Positions 37,375-47,600 of a stretch of DNA of 61,016 bases are shown here, in pieces. Made by a program: the position numbers and the translations under genes. How positions within the stretch are numbered: position 1 is the first letter of the stretch; each line of letters begins with the position of its first letter. Under the pieces are notes generated by a model. The model was not told the origin of the DNA, ran no database searches, and worked only from the letters and a program-made list of their open reading frames with translations. Source of the stretch: a virus (Duplodnaviria; Caudoviricetes); the IMG/VR virus record IMGVR_UViG_3300043438_001546, positions 1 through 61,016 of that record; one strand, 5' to 3'.

Positions 37375-39561
37375 ATGGGATGTTCATCTTGTCAACAAAA
37401 TAACCATGTAGTACCTACTACACATGTACATAATTCAACTACCCAAACGCATTGTGAATGCGCATGTGGTTGTGATGAACCAGTGTGTCCAACTCCGCAA
37501 CCGTGTACTGAAATTACAGATAGCAAGTGTATTATTTATACTGATGCACCTATCAAATGTGAAGAAGATACAGTTGTTACAACAAATGCAAGTGTTTCTA
37601 CAGCTCTAAATCAAATTGTAACATACTTTTGTGAAAACGGTGGTCAAGCAGGGCCTGCGGGTCCAGCCGGACCAGCTGGAGAAATAGGACCACAAGGTCC
37701 AATCGGACCAACAGGTCCACAAGGTCCTACAGGTCCAACTGGAGCTACAGGAGCAACAGGTCCACAAGGTCCACAAGGTCCTGTAGGTGTTCAAGGAGTT
37801 CAAGGACCACTTGCGGCTAATGCTTTAATTTATAAAAGGGATAATCTTACAAATCCTGGAGCTTGGAGTGCTAATGCTAGTCTTTTTAACAGTGGGATAA
37901 CTCAACTATTTATAAATAAAACATCCTACCTAGGATATAATGGAACTGTTGGTTCTACAAACAATGCTTTAGATTGGATAAATGCAGTTGACGCACAAGA
38001 TTATATTCAAATTGTTGATGCATTCTCATCTACTAATTATGGAATATATTCAGTTGTATCTAAATTTGATCAGGGTACAGCTTATTTATTTAATGTATCA
38101 TTTATTTCAGGTAGTGGAGTAGGTAATAATTTTATTAACTATGCAATCAGTTATATTAAAAATGGAGCAACAGGACCCGCTGGACCACAGGGACCTCAAG
38201 GTAATCCTGGAACTGGTGCGGATGTATTATTAACATCAATAGGTACTGGACTTTCATTAATTACTGATGGATCAGGACCATCATTACAAATAAGAGCTCT
38301 AAATGGTGGAGCTGGAGTTACTGTTGGTGGTTCACTCAGTGGAGAACTTGTAATTATTAATACTGATCCTGGTTCTTCTCAAAACATATTTAAAAATGTA
38401 GCAGTATCAGGACAGAGTACAGTAGTAGCAGATAGCAATAATGATACTTTAACATTTGTGGCTGGTACAGGTATCGGAATTACTACTGATGCTACTACAG
38501 ATTCAGTAACTATTACTAACTCTGCACCTAATGTTAATCAAAATCTTTGGGCAACTATTGCTGCTGACACAGGTAATACTACAGCAAACACTACTACAGA
38601 TACATTAAATGTAGTTGGAGCAGGTGGTGTATCTACTTCAATCATTGGAGATACTTTAACAATTACTGGTTCAGGTGGAGGAGGTAGTAATATTTATAAT
38701 TCAAATGGAACACTGACTTCAAATAGATTTGTTTTTGGCAGTTTTTTTGATTTGCGGTTTTTGGAACACAATTCATTTGTTTTTCAAACCTCTGCAACTG
38801 GAATTGACACGCAAGATGGAGTATGGTTTGACATTGAAGAAACAAACATTCTGACTGGTGGAACACTTTTCAAAATAAGAAAAAAAGGAGGAGCAGGAAT
38901 TGGGAAAGACAGATTTTCAGTTTTGAAAAATGGTCAAGTTAATTTTAATGAACAATATAGTTTTCCTTTGCTTGATGGCTCAATTAATCAAGTTTTAACA
39001 ACTAATGGCGGGGGTACTGTTAGTTGGCAAACTGTTGGCAGTAGTCAATTTACTTATGAGATTGGACAATATGTTCCTAGTGAAGGTGGTGTTATTATGC
39101 ATAGATGGTTATCTAATTCTCCATTAGGTGCACCAACAGCAGGGACTGTTCAAAATTATTTAGTTGTAACTTTAAGTGATTTAGGTAGCACTTACATTTG
39201 GGGAGCTGGCGGTACAAGTTATTTTGCAACAAGTACGTTTAATGGTCAATCAAATACTACAGCAATAGCAGGGTTCGCACCTACAAGTGCAGCTGCGGCT
39301 TGTGATACATTAACAAGCGGTGGTAAATCAGATTGGTATTTACCAGCTATAGATGAATGGCAAATATTATTTAATAACAGATGGGCTGTTAATCAAAGTT
39401 TATTATCTTTTGGTGTAGAAATAACATATGCATTATATTGGACAAGCACCGAAGTTAGTTCAAACAATGCTTTTACTTTTAATACAATTAATGGTATAAT
39501 TGACAATGCTACTAAAAGTAATATATTATCAGTTAGAGCTGTAAGAAGATTCAGTATATAA
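37375..39561 (+). CDS. Collagen-like fibre with a Cys-rich N-terminus and C-terminal DUF1566/C-type-lectin-fold domain
   Basis: Gly-X-Y runs; two ADxxxDTL repeats; DWYLPAIDE...YWTSTE...VRAVRRF. Confidence 0.85.
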   Translation: MGCSSCQQNNHVVPTTHVHNSTTQTHCECACGCDEPVCPTPQPCTEITDSKCIIYTDAPIKCEEDTVVTTNASVSTALNQIVTYFCENGGQAGPAGPAGPAGEIGPQGPIGPTGPQGPTGPTGATGATGPQGPQGPVGVQGVQGPLAANALIYKRDNLTNPGAWSANASLFNSGITQLFINKTSYLGYNGTVGSTNNALDWINAVDAQDYIQIVDAFSSTNYGIYSVVSKFDQGTAYLFNVSFISGSGVGNNFINYAISYIKNGATGPAGPQGPQGNPGTGADVLLTSIGTGLSLITDGSGPSLQIRALNGGAGVTVGGSLSGELVIINTDPGSSQNIFKNVAVSGQSTVVADSNNDTLTFVAGTGIGITTDATTDSVTITNSAPNVNQNLWATIAADTGNTTANTTTDTLNVVGAGGVSTSIIGDTLTITGSGGGGSNIYNSNGTLTSNRFVFGSFFDLRFLEHNSFVFQTSATGIDTQDGVWFDIEETNILTGGTLFKIRKKGGAGIGKDRFSVLKNGQVNFNEQYSFPLLDGSINQVLTTNGGGTVSWQTVGSSQFTYEIGQYVPSEGGVIMHRWLSNSPLGAPTAGTVQNYLVVTLSDLGSTYIWGAGGTSYFATSTFNGQSNTTAIAGFAPTSAAAACDTLTSGGKSDWYLPAIDEWQILFNNRWAVNQSLLSFGVEITYALYWTSTEVSSNNAFTFNTINGIIDNATKSNILSVRAVRRFSI

Positions 39562-39573
39562 AATATATAAACC

Positions 39574-40065
39574 ATGTGTGAAAAATGTGAAAATAATAAT
39601 TGTTCTGGAAACTGTAATGTAATTCCTAAAGGACTTCGTGGCCCTAGAGGTTACAAAGGAGATAAAGGTGATCAAGGGGAACAAGGTCCAATTGGTCGCA
39701 CAGGACCACAAGGTCCGTCTGGTAATCAAGGATTGTCTGGTTTATCTGGAGCACCTGGTTTACAAGGTCTAACCGGTCCAATAGGTCCAACAGGATTACC
39801 AGGTACTGCTGGATTACCGGGAGCCAATGGAATTAATGGAACAAATGGAAACGATGGAGCACCGGGAGCAACTGGCGCACAAGGTTTAATAGGCGATACT
39901 GGATATTCTGGTCGTGGTGTTGCAGTCTTTGTTCAAGTAAGTCAACCTACACTTGCTGACTTTAATGCCTTGTACGGTGGTGTTGATGGATTTGGTATAC
40001 AGTTTATTCCAGGAAACAATGCTTTAAGACCAGGCGATATTTGGATTCAATCATGTACTCCGTAA
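39574..40065 (+). CDS. Short collagen-like protein with a Cys-rich N-terminus
   Basis: MCEKC..C..C then an uninterrupted Gly-X-Y run; C-terminal PGDIWIQ. Confidence 0.85.
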   Translation: MCEKCENNNCSGNCNVIPKGLRGPRGYKGDKGDQGEQGPIGRTGPQGPSGNQGLSGLSGAPGLQGLTGPIGPTGLPGTAGLPGANGINGTNGNDGAPGATGAQGLIGDTGYSGRGVAVFVQVSQPTLADFNALYGGVDGFGIQFIPGNNALRPGDIWIQSCTP

Positions 40066-40068
40066 TTT

Positions 40069-41868
40069 ATGAGCAATTTTAAAATATTTGATGGTACAAA
40101 TTGGTTAGATCCATGTGATTGCAATATTAGTATATTAGATGTTGATGGGATTTCTTATCAACAAATTAATCCAAATAATTGTATTGTAAGTTATTTTGAT
40201 GGAACTAATTGGTGTCCAATAACATGTCCATGTGAATGTCCTGCGGGTTATACATTTAATCCTGCAACTAATTCATGTGAAACACCTGGATCAACTGTTC
40301 CAGCAATACCAAGTGGCGGAACAACTTATGACATTATTGAAGGAAATACAACACTTGCATACGGTCAATTTGGTGCAAGATTGTACGAGGACATAACAAC
40401 AAAGCAGTTTCCAATTGTTGGTTTTAAACCATCTGCATACGAAATACGTGAAAATTCTGGTACAGGTGCATTAATTACTATTGACACCGCTATTACAACA
40501 GGAAGTGATATTTTTGTTGCACAAGGATCAACCGTAAAAGGAAGATTAAATAGAGCAGGTATTTGGGGAGAAATTACAGGAGGTGCGACTCGATGGCCAG
40601 ATGATATTTGGTTTCCGGTAGAATTTTGTGTTGAACTTACAACTGCAAAAACTTATATTTTTGCTATAGCTGGTGATAATCAAATTAGAGCAAGTATAAA
40701 GTCAGATACATTTAACCCTTTATCGCAATCTGGTGCAGGTCCTTGGACAACAAATATTGTAAATTTATTTGCGTGTGCATTGGCAAATTGTTCGACAGGT
40801 GGTTCAAACCCGGATCCTAATGAAAATATTGGTGAGCCATTTAGATGGTGGCACATGTTTCCTATTACATTACCAGCAGGTAGTCATGTTTTTATTTTAG
40901 AAGGGTATAACATATCTGGACAGTATGCCTTTGGTGCAGAAATTTATGATATTTCTACAACAGATATGATTGATTGGATGACAAATACAACTCCTTTTCC
41001 AACACTTTCTGATCCTCCTAAAAATGATAATATACCTGCATTTGAACAAACAATTTTATTTACAACAAAAAGTTTAGTTCAGACTCCTCCATTATTAGTT
41101 CCGGGACCAAGTCAAACTATAACTTGGTCATGTCCTCCAAATGGTGTGTTAGATTTGTGTAATGGATCACCACAATGTATTGTTCCTGGTGATTCAATTC
41201 CTTGTGGTCAAGGACAAGCAATAACAAGTACAACAGAAATAAATATTTGGTTTGATAACTCAGGATCAATGAATAGTACATTGTCACCTTTGCAAATTAT
41301 GCAATCAACATTGCTTCAAACATGCTTGCTTCCTATTTATAACAATGATGTTACTCTTTATAATGAAAGAGTAAAAGTTTTAAATATGCTCAATGGTTCT
41401 GCTTGGAACTATAATGAAAGATTTGTAAGATGTCTTGCTACAGAAAGAAACTTTAATAGAGCAGTTGATACAACTGTAAATCAAGTTATTAATTTAACTT
41501 TTGCTGATGAATCAGATGTATATGGTTATCCGGATAATACACCATTTAATAATAGTTCACGAACATCTGGTTATGATGCGGATATAGCATATTTGAGAAA
41601 TATTATGTCAACTGTGGCATATACCATTAAAGGAACTGCGTTTAGAGTTAACACTGGACCAAATTCATTTACTGGATTTAGAGGATTAACTCAGGCTACT
41701 TTTGTAAATAATGGTGCATATTCAGTTCCAAATAATGTTTCTGATTACTATACTATAAACTTTAATTGTAATTTAGATACACTTGCTGGATCAACTCCAA
41801 CTTACTATAGAGATCAGATAGTTGCTGCTCTTACAGCTTTAGGAATAAGTATCCCGGTGTGTCCATAA
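40069..41868 (+). CDS. Multidomain adhesin-like virion protein (EGF-like, PA14-like, vWA)
   Basis: FDGTNW twice; CECPAGYTFNPATNSC; AGDN...LPAGSHVFILEGYN; IWFDNSGSM MIDAS-like motif. Confidence 0.65.
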   Translation: MSNFKIFDGTNWLDPCDCNISILDVDGISYQQINPNNCIVSYFDGTNWCPITCPCECPAGYTFNPATNSCETPGSTVPAIPSGGTTYDIIEGNTTLAYGQFGARLYEDITTKQFPIVGFKPSAYEIRENSGTGALITIDTAITTGSDIFVAQGSTVKGRLNRAGIWGEITGGATRWPDDIWFPVEFCVELTTAKTYIFAIAGDNQIRASIKSDTFNPLSQSGAGPWTTNIVNLFACALANCSTGGSNPDPNENIGEPFRWWHMFPITLPAGSHVFILEGYNISGQYAFGAEIYDISTTDMIDWMTNTTPFPTLSDPPKNDNIPAFEQTILFTTKSLVQTPPLLVPGPSQTITWSCPPNGVLDLCNGSPQCIVPGDSIPCGQGQAITSTTEINIWFDNSGSMNSTLSPLQIMQSTLLQTCLLPIYNNDVTLYNERVKVLNMLNGSAWNYNERFVRCLATERNFNRAVDTTVNQVINLTFADESDVYGYPDNTPFNNSSRTSGYDADIAYLRNIMSTVAYTIKGTAFRVNTGPNSFTGFRGLTQATFVNNGAYSVPNNVSDYYTINFNCNLDTLAGSTPTYYRDQIVAALTALGISIPVCP

Positions 41869-41880
41869 ATAATATATGAT

Positions 41881-42378
41881 ATGTGTGAATGTAAAGGAAA
41901 TTGTGCTTGCAAAAGCAATGAAATAAAATTAAGAGGACCAAGAGGATTTGTTGGACCGGCTGGACCGCAAGGCAATCTTGGACCGCAAGGTATTCAAGGA
42001 TTGCAAGGTGCGCCCGGGCCCCAAGGACCACAAGGACCACAAGGACCAGCAGGAATTGTAAATACTCAACTTGCTGTTAAAATTAATTATACAAAAGGAA
42101 CACTTAGTGCTGATGTAATTGGGGGAACAGCTCCGTTTACTTACTTATGGGATTGGGCTGATGTTATAGTAAGTGATGACACTAATCGTTTTTTTATATT
42201 TGTGGGTTCTGTTACAAATGCCAGCGCAAATATTTCACTTAATTCTATATCACCTGCATTTGATGCGTGTAATGCAATAAGTACTGGTTCAATTAGTATG
42301 GCAAGAGTTACTGTAACAGATTTTTCAGGTAAAACAGCAATAGGTACATTTTTATTAATGAATATTGCTTGCGAATAA
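41881..42378 (+). CDS. Collagen-like protein with a C-terminal SprB/PKD-like domain
   Basis: [10 protein letters not shown], Gly-X-Y run, [10 protein letters not shown]...VTVTD. Confidence 0.8.
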   Translation: MCECKGNCACKSNEIKLRGPRGFVGPAGPQGNLGPQGIQGLQGAPGPQGPQGPQGPAGIVNTQLAVKINYTKGTLSADVIGGTAPFTYLWDWADVIVSDDTNRFFIFVGSVTNASANISLNSISPAFDACNAISTGSISMARVTVTDFSGKTAIGTFLLMNIACE

Positions 42379-42420
42379 AAAAATGTCACAGAAGGTTGGT
42401 TTATGTGGCTGACTAGGATG

Positions 42421-42449
42421 AACCCCGGAGCGATCTGGGGTTTGTTTTA
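42421..42449 (+). terminator. Intrinsic terminator
   Basis: AACCCCGGA/TCTGGGGTT plus T-rich tail. Confidence 0.7.
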
Positions 42450-42489
42450 TTATTTAATTTGTATTTTTGAGGATAAATTAGTATATTAT

Positions 42490-42981
42490 ATGAAGGTTGA
42501 CTTAAATAAAGCAAGAGTAACTGAGAAGAAGGGGAAAGTAATTAACTATAAAGAAGTTAAAGACTTTAATAAGTTGCACCCAAAGTACAATTTAGACAAG
42601 TCTGCAATCATAAAGATCATGAGAGCATTTAATTCAAACATGGCGGAAGAAACAATGACTAATATTTATGGAGTAATACTTCCTGAAAATATTGGCGCGG
42701 TGTTTATTAACAATGCGGGTAAAGCAAAAAACAAATCAATTGACTATGCTAATTCAAAACTAGCAGGAAAAACCGTGTATCATAAAAATTGGGATACGGA
42801 TAACAACATGATGAGAATTGTGTATATTAACCATACCAAAAGAACAATGATAAAGAATGCTAACATGTTTTCATTTAATCCTCTTCAGCAGTTTAGAAGA
42901 CAAGCTAGTGCGTATTTTAGAAAGCATTGGGCTAGATGTCTTTCTGTAAATTATAATTCAACTGTTGATATTAACATATAG
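42490..42981 (+). CDS. IHF/HU-like basic protein of the tail module (start MKVDL)
   Basis: GVILPENIGAVFI pattern; position before the ring and muzzle genes as in Crassvirales. Confidence 0.55.
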   Translation: MKVDLNKARVTEKKGKVINYKEVKDFNKLHPKYNLDKSAIIKIMRAFNSNMAEETMTNIYGVILPENIGAVFINNAGKAKNKSIDYANSKLAGKTVYHKNWDTDNNMMRIVYINHTKRTMIKNANMFSFNPLQQFRRQASAYFRKHWARCLSVNYNSTVDINI

Positions 42982-42983
42982 CT

Positions 42984-43655
42984 ATGACAACAATAAGAGA
43001 ATCCATATCAAGAATCAGAAATGTCTTCAAGTTAGTAAATGAAGATGCGTTTTTAACTGACAGATTTATTTACAGTTTGCTTATCAAGTATTCAAAAGCT
43101 TTGATAAGAAGACAAGATGTAGAAAATAAATTGATGCAATATGACAGTTTATTTGAAACACTGCCTTATGTTGAGTTAATTGAAGTAGACCGCATTGAAG
43201 CTGACTGCGCTAGAATAAAAACTGGATGTAAAATCATGCGTACTAAAAAGAAACTTCCAAAACTAATGTCTGGAAGCAACGGTCCAATTTTTAGAACCAT
43301 TTCACCAATAGACGGTAGTGATGTATTTCAACAATGTTTAACTGCGGTGTATGTTGCTATGACACAATCTACAAATTTTAAATACAACAAGACTCATTAT
43401 TATTGGTATAAGAATGGCTACTTGTATTTTCCAGATATTATTTGGGACGCTGTATCTGTAGAAGGAATGTTTGAAGAACCAATTGATGATTTTTGTAATG
43501 AAAATGATTCTGATTGCACACAGGCTCAAGATAGAAATGTAACAATTCCAGATTACATGTTTGCTGAAATTGAACAAATGACACAACAAGAGTTGATGAC
43601 ACTTGCTAAACTTCCACCGGATGCTGGAGATAATTCACAAAATATACTGAGATAA
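42984..43655 (+). CDS. Tail ring/tubular protein
   Basis: MRTKKKLP, YYWYKNGYLYF, GMFEEP motifs; synteny. Confidence 0.7.
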   Translation: MTTIRESISRIRNVFKLVNEDAFLTDRFIYSLLIKYSKALIRRQDVENKLMQYDSLFETLPYVELIEVDRIEADCARIKTGCKIMRTKKKLPKLMSGSNGPIFRTISPIDGSDVFQQCLTAVYVAMTQSTNFKYNKTHYYWYKNGYLYFPDIIWDAVSVEGMFEEPIDDFCNENDSDCTQAQDRNVTIPDYMFAEIEQMTQQELMTLAKLPPDAGDNSQNILR

Positions 43656-43656
43656 G

Positions 43657-44628
43657 ATGCCAAATACATTTTTAAATTATAGAACTTATGATCAGCTATT
43701 GGCGGAGATCCAATCTGATTTTAAAAAATACTACTTAGAAGATTTTATTAATCCTCAAGAGTTTATCAAAGTTGCTAAAAGATGCAATTATGAATTAGGT
43801 CTTAGAATATTTAAGACTAAAGAGATTGTAATTGACATTGAAAAAGGAAGAGGTAAATTACCAAATAACTTTCAGGTGTTAAATTTTGCATTTATGCTTG
43901 TTGATCATTTCATCATTGAACCATTAATTTCTGGAACACATGTTGAAAATGTTAGTTTAGGTCCTGTTTACAATCCAGGAAATTGGAATGATGTTAATTT
44001 GTGTTCTCCTGCACTTGTTCCTACAGAACCAAGTTGTGAACCATGCGTTGTTCCTCACCCTCATAGTTGTAATGACTGCGGATCTAAATATGAAAGTTGT
44101 TCTTGTAAACCGATAGGTGATGTAAAGTTAGACTGCAAAGGAAACTTCGTAGCACTAACACAACATTTTAAGTTCCACACAAGAAAGTGGTCAACTATGA
44201 GAGCTATAAGAATGATTAATAGTCCTGATGTTGTGGACGCTGATTGTCCAAATAAAACTTGGCAAGCACATGATACAGCTTACATTAAAAATGGTTTTAT
44301 ATACACTTCTTTTAAAACAGGAAAGCTGTATGTGAATTACCAAGGAATGATGGAAGACGAAGATGGAAACTTATTGGTTCCAGATCACGATATGCTGAAT
44401 GAGTTTTATGAGTATGCAATTAAACAACGCGTACTTGAGAACATGATTATGAACGGTGAAGCTGTTAATTCTAGCCAAATTCAAATTATAGAATCAAGAT
44501 TGAAGGCTGCAAGAAACAATGCATACAGTTTAGTAAATACTCCAAACTTTAGTGAACTAAGACGCATCTGGGAAGTAAATAGAAAAGCTCAGTATCACAA
44601 TTTTTATAACATGTTTAGATCTTATTAG
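43657..44628 (+). CDS. Tail tubular/ring protein with a Cys-rich insertion
   Basis: YIKNGFIYTSFKTG...DEDGNLLVPD motif; precedes the muzzle gene. Confidence 0.75.
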   Translation: MPNTFLNYRTYDQLLAEIQSDFKKYYLEDFINPQEFIKVAKRCNYELGLRIFKTKEIVIDIEKGRGKLPNNFQVLNFAFMLVDHFIIEPLISGTHVENVSLGPVYNPGNWNDVNLCSPALVPTEPSCEPCVVPHPHSCNDCGSKYESCSCKPIGDVKLDCKGNFVALTQHFKFHTRKWSTMRAIRMINSPDVVDADCPNKTWQAHDTAYIKNGFIYTSFKTGKLYVNYQGMMEDEDGNLLVPDHDMLNEFYEYAIKQRVLENMIMNGEAVNSSQIQIIESRLKAARNNAYSLVNTPNFSELRRIWEVNRKAQYHNFYNMFRSY

Positions 44629-44630
44629 TC

Positions 44631-47600
44631 ATGGCAAAGCAAAGAAGTGGTGGTAATTCTACAATTAAGACTCAAGGTACATTTGATAAATCGCTTGTAA
44701 CTGATACAAGTGATTTTCATTTACCGGAAAATTCATGGACTTATGCTAGAAACGCAATCAACAATACAAGAAAAGGTGACTTAGGTAAATTAAGTACTGA
44801 GCCAGCTAATAACTTCTGTACGTTTGTTCCATATACAATTATTGGAGCTTTACATATTGAAGAAGACAGATGGTTAATGTTTTCTACAAACAATGCAGAT
44901 TCAGAAATAGGTATTTTTAAAGAAGGTAATTGCTCTTACAGTACTCTTGTAAATGACAAATGTTTAAATTTTAATAAAGACAATTTAATCAAGGGAATTA
45001 CTAGACCAACTTTTGATTGTTCTTTTAATGCTTACTGGGACGATGGTCGCAATGTATCTAGAATATTAGATATTAAAGATGTTCCTTGGAAGCAAATTTG
45101 CACAACGGTAAATGGATGCACAACTTGTGTAGACACAACTGATTTAGATTGTGACAAAATAAGACTTGAATCTTTTGTAGGAACGCCTTGTGTGAAGATA
45201 GTTAAAGGAAAAGGTGTTGCAAGTATTTTAAATGGCTCATATCAAGCGCAAGTAGCTTATGTAGTAGATGACCAAAGAGTAACCGACTATTTTATTCCAT
45301 CAAATGCTTTAACTTTATTTGATCACACAAATGTCAATAGTTCAATTGATATTTATGTTTCTGATTTAGATACTGCTTTTGACAGTTATGAGTTAGTTTT
45401 AATTTCAACTGTAAATGAAAAAACAGTAGCTAGATCAATTGGTATCTATAGCACCAGACAAACCGTTGTTACTATAGATTATATTGACATTACTCTACCT
45501 GTTGTACCATTAGCTGACTTAACAATAATAACACCAGTTCCAGATAAGTCTGAAGCAATTTTTAATGTTGGTCAATATGCATTAAGAGTTGGTCCAACAA
45601 CAAAGTTTGATTTTAACTATCAACCTTTAGCAAATCAAATTGGTACATTTTGGCAAACCGTTGAATATAAAAATGAATATTACAAAAACAGCGGAACTAA
45701 TATTGGATACATGCGTGATGAAGTATATTCATTCTTTATACGTTGGGTTTATAACACAGGTGATAAATCAAACAGTTATCATATTCCTGGTCGTGGTCCT
45801 GGTCAATTTTATTTAACAGATGATGCAGGTGGAAATGCAGGATTAATTTCTGAAATTGCACCATGTCCAACTACAATAAATGACATTGAATCTCCTGATT
45901 ATACACCAAAAGTTTTTGAGGTTTATAATACAGCAACTTTAACATCAACACCTAATACAACATTACCAGATGGAGGTTTATTAGTTGCTGAAGGACAAAT
46001 GGGTTATTGGGAATCAGTTGAATTATATGATGACAAACATCCAGAAATTTGGAACTCTTTTGTAAATGGACACCCTGAATGGAATTTATGTGGTCAACCA
46101 ATTCGTCACCACAAGTTTCCAGAAAATGTAATTACTTCTGGTGGTTCTACTAATACTATTACTAATCATTATCAAGATGGCGGTAATAAAATTAGAATCA
46201 TGGGTGTAAGGTTTGATAATATTCAACCGCCAAAAGATAATAATGGAAATCTTATTACCAACATTGTAGGATATGAAATACTAAGAGGAAATAGAACTGG
46301 CGCAAAATCTGTTTTGTATAAAGGACTTATTAATAATATGTTTGAATATAACACTCCTGAATTGGTAACAAATAGAACAGCGTTGTATGCAAATTATCCA
46401 TTTAATGATTTAAGACCCGATCCATTTATTTCTATTTATGTTAATCCGGCTACAGGTTTACCTGAGCCTACATCTTATGAACCGTTGCAAGGAGGGTTAA
46501 TTAACTATAAACCAAATGATCAATATAGTAAAAAACATTTTACTTTTCATTCACCAGACACAATGTTTGCAAGACCATTTTTGGTAGATGATGAAGTAAA
46601 AATTTACGGTGCATCATGGGGTGATAGCCAAGGTTCTTATCTTGAACCTAAAAATCACCCTCGTCATAAATTTATTACAGATGTTTCTTTTATTACTGGA
46701 ATTGTAGTTGGGTTTGGTTATGCAATTTCTAAGATGCTCGGTTCTAGAGATATTAAATATAGAGGATACCAAATTGATAGTGATCCAGTTTTAGCGGGTG
46801 CATCAAATTCTGCTGGAAACTTTATTCCTGCAGGTGCTCCATTAACAGCAGCTCAGGCAACAGCACTTAACACATTAGGTATTCAAGGAATGACAGATGC
46901 TTTAACTGGACAAAACTCAGGTGTTGCTTCAACAACAGGCCTTGCTCAAGGTACAGTTCAAACTGCAGCAAGAGCGGCGGCTTCTATACCAAGCACAGGT
47001 GTAACATCGGGTTATGTAGAAGTTACTTATAAAGATCAAGATGGTGCACCTGGCGCATTAAGAGCAGCATTATTACTTATTGGTAATCCAATGTTTTTAA
47101 GTTATTTGGCTGCCGGTGCAGATGTAACATACAAATTAATTGAATCATTAGGTTCATGGCAACAATTTACTTTACAATACCAAGCGTTATGTAAGTATGA
47201 AAATTTTGCTGCACCTTATGCAAATAACAGAAGACGCAGAGTTAATGATGCAAGATACTTAAATCCTGGAGTTCAAGACTATCAAACAAATTATATTGTA
47301 AATCATATTTATAGAAATGAAACAGTAATGTTTGATACACCTGTTGACATTGAAGATATTACGGGTACAATTACTGATAAGTCAAGACCACCTAGAGTAT
47401 CAACAATGCCAAATAATAAACATCTTAATAATTTTTCAAGAAGAGCATCTTCACACTATGTTGCATTAAAAACAAGACTTCGTAATCAATATGGACAGTT
47501 ACAGTCTATAAGACAACTTATGGTTTCTTCATGTGTAACTCCTATTGCATTAACTAATTCACCAACTTTATTTGGAGGTGATACTTACATTGGAAAATAC

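Noticed and set aside
37650-37810. Short tandem GGTCCACAA/GGACCA repeats (also about 39630-39915 and 41935-42055)
   Set aside because: Explained by Gly-X-Y collagen coding
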